Source: Chlorokybus atmophyticus (Eukaryota > Plantae > Mesostigma and Chlorokybus algae). From it: a stretch of 64,000 nt of DNA. Made by a program: the position numbers and the translations under genes. Below, piece after piece: positions 39,301 to 51,283 of this stretch. The stretch covers positions 996,451 to 1,060,450 of the forward strand of contig RHPI01002503.1 in NCBI GenBank assembly GCA_009103225.1, given 5' to 3'. The notes below the pieces were generated by a model. The model was not told the origin of the DNA. It was given only the letters and a program-made list of their open reading frames with translations, and did no database searches. Every line of letters starts with the position of its first letter. Within the stretch, counting starts at the first letter, position 1.

Positions 39301-41757
39301 CACTCAACTGGAGATTTGAGAGTCAACTTATGGGTACACCATGTATAGCATTGATTGATACTGGTGCAAACCATAACTTTGTTGAACATACTTGGGTGAA
39401 ACGTAATAACATACCTTTTACACCAGTCACGTCGTATGTACGTGCTGCTGGTTCCACCCTTAATGCAATTGGGGAGGTGAAGGGGCGTTTTTTATTAACT
39501 AGCCACAAGACTCGACCAACTTTCATTGTGGTGGATACCGGTATCCCCGGGGTGGATGTTGTGTTCGGTGAACAGTGGCACACCGAAGCAGGTTTGCAAT
39601 TGGACTCTCGAGCAAATATGTGCACCCTCCGTAAGGGTAAACGTAAGGTGACGATAATCGCACCTGTACTCGCACGTGTTGCTCGCGACAATGTTGCGCT
39701 CCTCTCTGATATGCAACTGAAACATTGCATGCGCAAACGTGAGGAAGTATATCTGATGCACTTACGACAGGTAGAGACACCTATTGAACAGGCCGTATCT
39801 GACCCTGTGGTGCAATCACTTACGGAACGATACGCAAATGTATTTCAGGATGAACTCTTGGAGTTGCCTCCTAATAGAAACATACATCATACCATTCCGT
39901 TGGAAGAGGGGGCAAAGCCACCTTGGCGGCCTATCTACAGGCTAAGTCCCTCAGAACACGCGAATATGGAAAAACAGCTCAAAAAGTTATTGGACGAAGA
40001 TATAATAACAAAGAGCATATCTCCTATTGGTGCACCAATTTGTTTGTGCCCAAAAAGAATGGCAAGCTACGCATGTGTATTGATTACCGTGCGTTGAACA
40101 AGGTAACTATGAAAAACAGATACCCTTTGCCTCGGATTGATAATTTGTTTCATAAGCTGTCAAGTGCAACCGTGTTCAGCACACTGGATTTGACCAGTGG
40201 TTATCATCAAATCAAAATCCACCCGTCGGATGTACCAAAAACTGCATTTCGCACCCCACTAGGACACTTTGAGTATAAAGTGTTACCATTTGGGTTAACA
40301 AATGCACCGGCTACATTTCAGACAGCAATGAACGCGGTATTTGCTGATGTACTGTACAAGTTTGTACTGGTATATCTTGACGACATTATTGTGTTCAGCA
40401 AAACCCGGGAGGACCACCACAAGCATGTGGAATTGGTTCTAGCTAAGTTACGCGAACACAAATTCCATGCCAACCTGTCCAAATGCAACTTTGCAATGGA
40501 TGAACTACCCTTTTTAGGGCATGTGATTGGCAAACAAGGATTGAAACCAGATTCTCAAAAAGTCTGTGAGGTGAAGGATTGGCCACCACCCAAGGATGTA
40601 CATCAGTTACGTGCTTTCTTAAGGCTAGCCAATTATTCCGCAAGTTCATGCGAGCATATTCTAGCATGGCAAATGCTAGAATATAACCATCAAAGGTACG
40701 GGTGCTCGCAAGTTGCTGCCCCGATGGTTATGTCCTTTCTCTATCACTGATAGAGTTGGTACGCACGCTTATCGACTGCAATTGCCCCCTAATGTGCCTA
40801 TACACAACGTGTTCCATGTGAACTTGTTGAAACCTTACCGCTCAGATGGTGGAACACAGCCTCCACCACCGCCAGTTGAGGTGGACAGCGAGCTCGAACA
40901 CGAGGTGGAAGCTATATTGAACCATAAGCTAAATAGTCGAGGACGCGCAACTCGCTATTTGGTGAAATGGAAAGGGTATGGCCCAGAACATAACAGTTGG
41001 GAGCCCGACAGGCATCTTACGCACTGCCGCGAGTTGCTTCGAGCTTACTGGGATTCAAGTCCTGACCCATAAATTATGGGCTTGGTTTTATGACAGACTG
41101 GCAGTGCAATTTCATTACCACCCTGTCATTTCCTGCTATCTCACTGGTTACAATTACTCGAAATCAAGCCTGATCAACTTGAGTTCAACGAGGACGTTGA
41201 ACTCAAGTTGAAAACCTAAGTGGGGGGGAATGTAACGGGAGCAATAATAATAGGGGTATTATTGCTACCTAAATAACACATTCTGTATGAATGAGTATTC
41301 AAATATGCTTATTTATATCTCTTTTTCTACGGTTCCTCGCTTATTAAAGGCTATGATACTTTATCATACCTTGAATAAGTCCCAATGGGTGTAGAACCGC
41401 TTATTCAAGCCTATTTAGTGTCACATTTTATAAAATGTGATCACTATCTCGTTGGGTACCTTACGATAGGTATCTTTCGATAGGTACCTTATTGATAGGT
41501 ACCTTATCTGAGCTGTGATTGGCTTACGCTAAATTTCCTAACTACCCTATATGTAGGGTCGATGTCCAGTTGTAAGTTAATTATTGAGAGGTATATTTTT
41601 GATATATTCTTGATTTTAAAGGTCACACCATACGGATGTAGGGACTTTCAGTTCTCTGCTCAGTGGCGGCCACGCCGTTGAACGACTTGTCATAGGTGGT
41701 GTGGGTGTTGGGGTAGAGGATTGAAGGGGCATCAACGGCGACGGTGGTGCTGTTACA
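36314..41757 (+). mobile_element. Ty3/Gypsy chromovirus, non-autonomous (RNase H and integrase largely deleted), with 5-bp TSD GCGCC
   Basis: LTRs 36314-36825 and 41231-41757 (TGTAAC...GTTACA/GTTATA); PBS tggtatccaggagc at 36827; PPT taagtgggggggaa; CCHC CNFCKKTGHGEAKC; protease LIDTGANHNF; RT YLDDI; chromodomain EVEAILNHK..YLVKWKGYGPEHNSWEP; GCGCC at 36309 and 41758. Confidence 0.95.
37371..37512. repeat. Two copies of a 44-bp direct repeat in the chromovirus leader
   Basis: aaaccctccccctctggcttcggcctggagatcgggacttggtt at ~37371 and ~37469. Confidence 0.9.
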
Positions 41758-44700
41758 GCGCCAAATGGACCAACCTGGCCATAGTGGAAGATCTTTGCTG
41801 CTAAGTTGTTCACGCGATCTCATCGTCGACGCTATCTTGGACCCTGGGCGCATAGCACAACCGGTCACGCGACACGATCACCAGCACTTCTACCAGTGCA
41901 ACCGGCCAGGTCAACCGCGCCGTGCGCTCCCCACTCTAGTGTCTTAACCAGGTTCATACGCCTTCCGCGACAAAGGCGACAGCTTAATGTTGGATTCTAA
42001 CACAGGCCGGCTGGAGAAACCCAACACTTGTAAGCGAACGAGCCTTGGGATCCTGTTCAGGCAGTATCACAGCTCTCATAGTGACCAACAGTCAGTACTG
42101 TCAGTTGTTGGGGCGTGCCATGGATCAGAACAGCATGGTGTGGTTGTTGAAGATGTGCTTTGCTCTCCAGAATGGCCATGTGTCCTTCCAGTAGCTCAAA
42201 CACCTGGCGGGTGGGTGGGCTAATCGCGTTCAAGAGATGAAAGCGGCACACACTGCCCTCGAGATCGCCCACATAGAGGAGCAGGCAGCAGTCACTGTGG
42301 AGGACATTATAGTGGTCGCCAACGCCACCACCTGGTCCCATGCCATCGGACCGCTGGCTACAGGTCAAACGTGAGAACAACTCGAGGCTCTCCTCAACAA
42401 GTGGAGGAGCTAGTTCAGCTTTAGCGTGAAGGAGCTGGGCAGCTGCTCAGTTTACCAAATGGACATTGAGTCGGTGAACACCGAACCGGTGTTCCGACAA
42501 TAGTACAGACTCTCCAAGTTGAAAGAAGACTTAGTGGAGCAGAGGTGCAAGGCTCTGTTAGATGCAAGCCTGATCGAGGAGTCCACATGGAACTTTGCGG
42601 CCGCAACCGTCATGCCCTTAAAGAAAGATTCAGCAGGCAACTGGACAGACAGGCGTATGTGCGGTGACTACCGCCCCCTCAACAACAAGACCAAGCAAGG
42701 CAGGTATCTAATGCCTGCTGCAGAACGTATTTTTGATGATGTAGAAGACTGTACAGTCTTCAGTATCCTAGACATGCGCCAAGGGTACAACCAGATCGCC
42801 ATTAAGGAGGAGGACAAGCACAAGACCTCCTTTTTGGGCAACCGGCAGCTGTAACAGTGGAAGGTCATGCCCTTCGAACTGAAACATGCTCCTGCCAAGT
42901 TCCAGCGCGTCATGGACAAAGCCCTCAAGAGATTGAACTTCGCACGCTGCTACATCGACGACATCCTCATCTTTAGTCACAGCAATGAGGAGCATCTCAG
43001 ATACATCGAGGAGGTGCTACAGAGACTGAAGGAAGTAGGGTTGACGGTGCACCTCGGTAAATGCACTTCTTTACCCACAAGGTACCTTACCTATGGCACA
43101 TAATTGTGCCCCACGGTGTGTATGTACATCAGGCCAAGGTGGAGGCATTGGTGGCCATTTTGCTCCCACAGAACTCACGCGACTGCGTGCTTTCCTCGGC
43201 CTTGCCAACTTTTACAAACGGTTTGTCAAGGACTTTGCGAAGATCGTACGGCCACTCAACGAGCTGCTAAAGAAGGACTTGGAATTTTTGTGGACGAAGG
43301 CACAACCAGAGGCCTTCAATGAGCTGAAGCTCCGACTCACCACAGCTCCCATTCTTCAGCTATCTGACTACAACAAGCATTCATTCTGCACACAGATTGG
43401 AGCAAGCTCGGCATGGGAGCAGTGCTCGTGCAGCACGATGACAACAAGAACGAGCACGTAGTGTCGTATGCTAGCTGCAGCAACAACATCGCTGAGGCCA
43501 ACTACAGTAGCTACGAGTGGGAGTGTCTCACCGCAGTATGGGCCACCTCGTTCTTTCGTCCCTTTTTGTTTGGACGGCAATATTGACTGATCACCGACCA
43601 CCAACCACTGAAGTGGCTGATGACCAACCAGCACCTAGCAGGCAAGCTGGCACGGTGGGCACTACTGCTGCAGGAGTATAACTTTGAGGTGGAGCATCGG
43701 GCAGGCCTGTTCAACCAGGACACAGACCGTCTTAGTCGCAACCCCCACCTCAGCACCAACGATGCGACAAGAGCCCGACACGAGTTGGGTCCTGCAGCTG
43801 CACCTTCAGGTGTAGCGGCTATGTTTGCTGTCGCTACGCTACATTCGAGACGCAAACCCAGACCGCTGAGGCAGCAGCAGACGAGGACGTGCCTTCTCTC
43901 GGGCCCACCGTCACCGTCACAGACCCCTTATTAGTGGAAGCGCTCGCCGCCGACCCTGAGGTGGACGATGAGGAGCTGGCACCCGCCGCCACGCGACATG
44001 ACATCTGGCTCGAGAAGCCATCCCTCGCACTGCTCCGGACTGGACACTTTCCAGCAAGCATGAGCGCGCGAGAAGGACCGCGTCGGTTAACGCACTCAGC
44101 GATATCGCTGTATCGACGGCAAGCTGTACCGACGGATACAAAGTGAGGACAAAGAGGTCCCAACACCAGCTGCGCGAGAAGGCATTATTGCTGCCCTTCA
44201 CACCGAGCTCGGACACTTTAGTGTCAAGCGCACGGCCAGTCTAATCAGGACTCAGTACTGGTGGTATGGGGTGCACAAACAGGCGTGCCAGCTGTGTAAC
44301 ATAGTCTGCGCGAGCTTAAACACGCGCAACCCCACCTTGCATGCCCTCCCCATCTCGGGACCTTTCTACCGCTGAAGACTGGACATGTCGGGACTTATCG
44401 CCCTCCGCACGAGGCAACCGCTACATCCTCGTCACGAACACTTCTTCAAGTGGGTGGAGCTGGTGCCCCTGCCCGACAAGAGCAGCGAGGGAGTAGCCCA
44501 GGCGTTCCTCTTCCATGTACTTGGACGCTTCGGCAGCTGTGCTGAAGTCATCACCGACGAAGGTACGGAGTTCAGACGAGCCTTTGACAAGCTTATAGAC
44601 AGATGCTTCGTCGACCATTGCCGTACTTCACGCAACCGTTCACAAGCCGATGGTGTCGCTGAGTCAGCGACACCATCGTGTACTGTTCAGACCATCAAGA

Positions 44701-45271
44701 AGGCTTTGCGCAAGTACGTCCTCGACTACAAGAAGAAGCACATGGGATGACCACCTCTCATGGGTAGCACTGGGGTACCGGCTGTCCACGCAGGTAGCAC
44801 TGCGCGAGTACAGCCCGTACTATTTGCTGTTTAAAAGGCAGCCATTGCTCCCTTTTTGCGCACAGCAGGAGGTCGACAAAGTGGTGGACAATGTCGACAA
44901 CCCCGACGAGATGCTGTATAATCTGACAGTGCGCAGCGCGTTGTTTGAGCACACTGTCCCCATGGCCTTCCACAACTTGCGTATCGCTCAGCACCGCGAC
45001 ACGCTTCGCTACGAGTGTGTGCGCAGCGGTTTCTACACGGAGCGAGAACGCCGCTTCCAGCCAAGAGACTTCGTCTACCGCATGGCGACCACACACGACA
45101 CCCTCGAGTCCTTCGTCGGGCGCGCTGTCTATAAGATATTGAAGGTGTATTCCACAGGGGTACTAAACCTTCTGGGACAACAAGGCGAGCGCATGAAGGA
45201 CAACATGGTGAACTGCGCGCCCTGCCATCTTCCCCACGTCGCTGGCTTTGGCAAGATCCAGCACCCGCGAT

Positions 45272-45405
45272 TGCGAGAAATGTGGCAGTGCCGACGACGA
45301 CCCAGTAATGCTCTTATGCGAAGGCTGCAACCAAGGCATGCACTGTTACTGCCTTGAACCTCCATTGAACAAGGTGCCGCTGTAGGAGTATTGGTGCGAC
45401 TGCCG
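45272..45405 (+). pseudogene. PHD finger at the end of the DNMT-Gypsy pol
   Basis: CEKCGSADDDPVMLLCEGCNQGMHCYCLEPPLNKVPL*EYWCDC, a C4HC3 pattern with one stop. Confidence 0.85.
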
Positions 45406-46409
45406 CATTAATGGTCCCCCACACAGTCGGTAGAAGCTGAGTCCTGGAGCAGGAGGCTACTCCAGAACCTCAGGGGGGGAGTAATCCTGGTGGCCTGTTG
45501 ACTGTGTGTATTACGGCACAGTAGGTGCAGTATGGAGAGCGTTACCAGCTCTACTACTAATCAGATCCTCACATAGGTTCATCCCTAAGCCTATGCCTAT
45601 GTCTAGGGGGTTGTCTTTGTTTGTGTTGCTGAATGATGCGCGTAGCACCAGCATGCCCACGGCATGGGCGCTCGTCAGCAGTATGCCCAAGACGGCGTGA
45701 CCCTCTACCATGGCAGGCACGACAGCTGTCATGCCAAATACACTCACATGCCAGTCCTCCTCGAGCATGCCTACATACAGCCCCAAGCCCAGGCTATCAG
45801 CATGAAGACCGCACGCGCCCCAGCCTACTGCTAGCTATTTCGTACTTCACGTAGCATGTAGCTAGGGCTACTCTATAGACCTCTCTGTAGGAACCGCGCG
45901 TAGCTGATCAGTTAGGAATCTGTTATCAGCTCATGTGCTATATTGAGTCTTAGGGGATTTTAGTAGTATCATACGGCCTTGATGTGACCGTTGGCCTAGT
46001 GCCCGCGTGGCACTGCACAGTTATGATATAACATGTATAAGTAAGAGGTCATGTCATTGACTCGCTGGTGACTCTGCGAGTGAGTACTAAGAGTAAAGAC
46101 TCTGACGTTAAGAGCTTGTGAAGTGACTTAAACTGGAAGCACACCGTCCCGGTTGCGAAGAACTGCCTTACTGCGTGAGACACAGTGTATGCTCATGTGC
46201 GCTGTATTTGTCATTGCTGTGAGCTTGGCTGTGGTGTGTTTGCTGCATCAGTCAGAACATAGCATCTCTGTCATTGCTGTGAGCTTGGCTGTGGTGTGTT
46301 TGCTGCATCAGTCAGAACATAGCATCTCTGAGTTGCTTGTTCATTCACCTTACTTAACAGTGTAACACATCATCCACTCATGCAAAGAACGGTGTGTACA
46401 GCACTACCC

Positions 46410-48530
46410 AAAAATAGTAGCTAAAAATAGTCAACATCGTAACATAGCATTTGATGTGTGTACTATGTGTATAAGTCTGCAGAATCGATTGTAATTATTG
46501 CGATTATGCATTGACATTGCGGCTTATATTCTACTCTCTTTGATGATACTATATAAAGTGTCATTATACATTATGATAAAGTTCAAATACTAAACATTAT
46601 TACATTTACAAAATTTGCTGCTATGGCTGTTACATGGCTTGTTACTTAGTGATGTATTTATCGTAGTGTAATACGAGGGTCGTCTTGCGCCAATAAATCG
46701 GATATGCTTAACTTGCACATTACTTACTACACCATTTCGCGCTTAACATCGCACACATTGTCATTAATAATGATCAATAAGATTTAAGATGTGTAATTGG
46801 ACCTCGAGTGTTACAATTGTAACATCGGCGCTTTTATTACTAGGCTACGATAGCAAAAATCGCTGCCATAGGAGGAGCCACATGCCATTTAACCATGTCT
46901 CATACCATGGTATGACAACATTTGTGTGACTGGCATTGCGCTTATGTAGGTCTGTTCAAAACAACTTTGGGCATACATACCCGACCGTATCGTGCATATC
47001 TCAAATGTGTTATTGTAAATATTGCCATGATAGCATTGGTAGCGGTTATAGCTGATACGACAACGAATGATGTGTATCCCATAAACATGTACTTCACAAG
47101 ATACTACGAAAACGTATACCAAATAGTATGTATTCTGTAGGCCATGATTCGTGCCTTATACAAATAAACACATGATATTTTAATAGATAATAAAAAACAA
47201 ACCTTATTAAGATACCAAGCTGCCACCCATCACTTTTTACGCATTTGCAGCAAAAGTTGTGAACTCTCTTTTCAAAATCTTAAAAGCAATGAAGTCATTC
47301 ACGTGCTGTAGCCTACTAGCCAGGCTAAAATGGCCTACAGCCTGTAGGATGTTATTCAACCTTCGATTGTGTACGAAAGCAGAAAGGAAGGGTCTTTACA
47401 CGTAGGGTTAACGATTGGCGGTTAGGGTGAATTGCTATACATTAAACACCTTGTTAACACTAGGTTGGCCGATAGCTGTACTTAAACAAGTACGGTTAAT
47501 ATGAACTTTGGGTAACATGCTACATTAACTGTAGAGCTTCAACAACCACACCCTCCTAAGAGAGCATTCCACATGATGTGAGGATTTGTGGAAAGGTATC
47601 TGTTATGCTTATTGGCATACGAGTGTGATGTAAAAAGTAATAATGTGTTAGTGGGTATACAGCACAAGCCTGCGTAATGTGCCATGGCAATTCTGATTAT
47701 CCACGCTAAACCAAAGCATGGGCATGTGAATAAGTGTGGCATGTGTTCATCAACACACATCAATGCTGTTACAAGGACGCTTGCCAACATCCAACATGTT
47801 TGATCTGCGATGTGCTATTCACGTTTACACACTAGATAGTGCTGACGATGATGGCATGACTCTGAAATTTTGGGGGTGCTGCATTGTTAATCCAAGCGTT
47901 GATTTGCTGTTGTAGCTCTTCAAATTGTGCGTCCATTGGTATACGGCATGTTGCATAAAGCGTAATACATTTTCCACAATCTTGTACTACTATTGTCAGC
48001 CTGATGTTAACGATACGTTGTTGCTCATGACCCTGCTGTTCGTTTTAAGGTGCAATAGTGCGTTAGAAAGTTGAGTATACAAGCTTTTCAACGCACTGAG
48101 CAGCTTGATCATTGGTTAACAAACGCAATCACCACATCCTCACTTCATAAGGGTGTGGTGAAAGTGTTGAAAAAGTGACTTTGCTTAACTTCGGACGCGG
48201 GCAAACCATCCGTGTTTTGATACAGGGAATACCAGGGCGTTAACCTTCATTTCGCCATAACACTCTATCTTGACCTATTAGCAAACTCTTTCGAGGGCCA
48301 TTGATGGTCACTAGGGCGGTCACATACATCTAAAAATCACCACTAACGGCCTCCTCTAAAACCTTGGCGGTTCAAAGTTTGCAACATTATTGACAAACGC
48401 ACTCTAACTAGATTTGTGGCATTGTTGCTTAACCAATCGAGCTTAATTATAATTAGTTGGTGTGTTAGACCAACAGCTGCAAAACAAGCCATTACTTGTG
48501 TTATGTGATCGCGGACAGCAAACAAAGCTG
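46410..48530 (-). pseudogene. AT-rich decayed long ORF relic, unclassified element, homologous to 5900-7245
   Basis: Long frames with scattered stops (e.g. HESWPTEY.., WYETWLNGMWLLLWQRF, SHAHALV). Confidence 0.4.
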
Positions 48531-49235
48531 ATTATTAGGTAGTCTGTCCGAAATTAGGCTAACGTCCGACATAAGGCCCAAACACCCTAGCAGACGTGGC
48601 GGTGCACTTTTTCCTAGCCGCCGAAAAGCACCGTTTACACTACTTTATTAGGCCGGCGGTTAGTGTCTCGCAGCTTAACCTTGATGACAACAAACTCGAT
48701 GGGACAATGCATTCAAGCGATTAGCTAATCTTTCCTAACTTAAGAAACCACCAATCGAGGTGGCGTAATAAAATCTTCGATGAGCCGCGGCTAGTTTGGT
48801 CGCGTCTTTTTGAGCCAGCTCATGTGGATACTGGCACCATTTTCGCATAGGGTTTCATAAATTTTAAACATGTCAACGCCTGTGTTGTTAAAAACTGCGC
48901 CGGCGGCGTGAACGGCAGCGCTGGCGGCTGTGGTGGCGGCGGCGGTGAGGTAAGGTAGCGTGTTGTGACGTTTGCTATGAACGACCATCAGCGTATGCAG
49001 CAATTGTTTCAAGTGTATGTCGCTGGCCACCCAAGTGCTGCACTAGGCGGCTTGCACTACTGCTATGTCAACGTTCAACTATGTCAACCTTGATGGCTAT
49101 TCGGCAGAGCATGCGCGTCAGTTGAGCCTTCACATCCCTCCCAACCCAATCCCTGGTCCCCCTATGCCTCAGGTAACAAGCGTGCGTGCGTGCGCGTGCT
49201 CACGTGTGTGTGTGTGTGTGCATTGCAGCTCGTGT

Positions 49236-49742
49236 TGTAACAATCGGGGCCCGACCACTAAGCTATGGTAGTAAAAGACTCTACCATGAGTGAGGTCTGT
49301 CACAATTTATCCCAATTCGTGACATTCCTCCCCAATTTAACCCATGAGTTCCTCATAATTCAATGAGACACTAGCCCACGTTGCCGTGTTTGCGACCGTA
49401 CCACGATCGGTCCGCCCGCGGCCTGTTGGATCCGGCCCATGAATGGTCCTGACCAACCGAACGGCCATCCTCACCGCGCGACCTGCCATCGCAGCGCGAC
49501 CGCTCACGCGGCCTTAGGTTGAACTGGCTCGGCGCGCAGGTCGTGATCCCGCGCCCAGCCTAGGGCAAGCCGCCCCAAATGTTTTGTTTTTGCCTTGGAT
49601 CTGCCTCAATCCCCTACGGGAATTGAACCTGAGACGTCAAGCTCCGTTACCATTATAACATTTGGGGCCCGACCACTAGGCTATGGTAGTAAAAGACACT
49701 GCCATGAGTAAGGTCTGTCACAATTTATCCCAATTCGTGACA
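49236..49742 (-). mobile_element. TRIM-A (507 bp, 89-bp LTRs) with Pol III A-box in the LTR and B-box after the PBS
   Basis: LTRs 49236-49324 and 49654-49742; TSD cgtgt/cgggt; minus-strand PBS TGGTAACGGAGC and PPT gggttaaattggggaggaa; A-box TAGCCTAGTGG (49673-49683); B-box GGTTCAATTCC (49619-49629). Confidence 0.85.
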
Positions 49743-50532
49743 CGGGTGCTTAATAGTATACTTGTTGTGCAAACGCCATTCTTAGCACCCGAAATGCCTT
49801 TTTTGTTCTTGCCAAAACGCCATGACCCACCTCCAAGCACCGTTCCCAATATTCTCGTGCCGAGCCAAATGCCACAAGCCAGCGATGTGACTCCACCATG
49901 GCCAGTGCGCTGCCCCGCACCTGATCTAGGTGCGCCGAGTGCTCCTTTAAAAAAACAAGACCAAGCCTGCAAGAGGTAAGCATTGTTTGCAAGACTGTGC
50001 ATACACATGCGTGCATGACATGAGACCGCATGTACTTGCATTATAAGTCTGCAAGTGTGAGCACACATGCGTGCATTGTTAACAAGATTGTGCATGCGCT
50101 CGCGTGCATTGTTAGGCGAACTGTGCATTCATTTGCGTGCATGCCTTAAGTCCGCATTTGCATTCGAAGTATGCAAGTGTGCATTCACATTGTTGGCAAG
50201 ACTGTGCATACACATGCGTGCATGCCTTAAATCCGCAGACACTTGCATTTCGAGTCTGCAAGATTGTGCATTCACTTGCATTGTTGGCAAGATTGTTCAT
50301 ACACATGGGTGCATGGTTGGCAAGATTGTGCTTATACATGCGTGCCTAGAGTTCGCATATACTTGCATCAAAAGTCTGCAAGACTGTGCACTTGCGTGTT
50401 TGCCTATGCCTTAAGCCCGCATACACTTGCATTCACAGTGTGCCAATGTCAACGTCGATGTGTGCATTGTTGGCAAGACTGCAGCTGTGCATACACATGC
50501 ATTCATACACTTATGTGTGCATATATTGTGTA

Positions 50533-51072
50533 TGTAACGGGAAGGTACATTAGATTACCACAAATCGACCATAAAAGCACCAAGTCTTTTGTGGTCGAGT
50601 GGGCTGTGACATTGGTCATCGGAGCTTGAGACCCGGGTTCGATTCCTGCCTTGCACACGAATTCCGCGGTCGTTGTTTCTCGATCCAATAACATCGTAAA
50701 GGGTCACTTCATGAGTGCCATCATCGATGGGTCGCGACTTGCCTAATGGCAGTCGCGCCGAAGTGACCTGACCAGTTCAGTCGGCGCGGCAGGGCGCGAC
50801 CTGCCTATCGCGGCGACGCGACCTGTGGGGCCGGCAGCGGAGCGCTATGCGCGCGTTGACCGGTATGGGCCTAAATTGGCCGGTCCTTGGATGGTGGGGC
50901 CGGTGACCGACCCTAAATCAGACCCCTGGGATTGATTCCCCAGCTGATGGCCGCCAGCTGCCGAGGACGTCAGCGTTCTTAAGTGGGGGGGAATGTAACG
51001 GGAAGGTACATTAAATTACCACAAATCGACCATAAAAGCACCAAGTCTTTTGTGGTCGAGTGGGCTGTGACA
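50533..51072 (+). mobile_element. TRIM-B (540 bp, 79-bp LTRs, one mismatch) with Pol III A-box in the LTR and B-box after the PBS
   Basis: LTRs 50533-50611 and 50994-51072; perfect TSD GTGTA; PBS TGGTCATCGGAGC; PPT taagtgggggggaa; A-box TGGTCGAGTGG (50592-50602); B-box GGTTCGATTCC (50636-50646). Confidence 0.92.
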
Positions 51073-51209
51073 GTGTAGGCAAGAACATGCAAATTGACGT
51101 TAAAGTGGAAGGGAATTGCTGCAGCTGCGTGCAAGCTTGCGAAGGCATCTGGGGTGTTCGAGCGCACACTTGCTCAGTGCAATAACGGGTGAAAGTCCTT
51201 CTTCCTAAA

Positions 51210-51283
51210 TGTCACAGCCCACTCGACCATAAAAGACTTGATGCTTTTATAGTCGATTTGTGGTTATATACCTTCCCGTTACA
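51210..51283 (-). mobile_element. Solo LTR of the TRIM-B family in inverted orientation
   Basis: tgtcacagcccactcgaccataaaagacttg...ccttcccgttaca is the reverse complement of the TRIM-B LTR with a small deletion; no matching TSD. Confidence 0.85.

Larger units (their letters stand above)
36160..42130 (+). pseudogene. C5 DNA methyltransferase remnant (motifs VI, VIII, IX, X), split at 36313/41763 by the inner insertion; motifs I-IV deleted
   Basis: GYIIENV (ENV 36183-36191); EARHGSRA..|RAKWTNLA across the rejoined TSD; ILDPGR..NRPGQPRRALPTLVS; LEKPNTCKR; LLGRAMD (~42108-42125). Confidence 0.75.
34811..46408 (+). mobile_element. Degenerate Ty3/Gypsy LTR retrotransposon carrying a C5 cytosine methyltransferase and a C-terminal PHD finger; interrupted by the chromovirus at 36314-41757
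   Basis: LTR-like repeats 34811-35534 and 45480-46408 (similar from ctgtcatgccaaatac onward); PPT agggggg at ~45472; gag-like WSDE..IAAQYL; RT KKDSAGNWTDRRMCGDYRPLN and CYIDDILIF; RNase H; integrase; PHD. Confidence 0.85.

Noticed and set aside
50585-50660. Possible tRNA gene (A- and B-box present)
   Set aside because: No acceptor stem or cloverleaf could be formed, and it spans an LTR/PBS junction of a TRIM.
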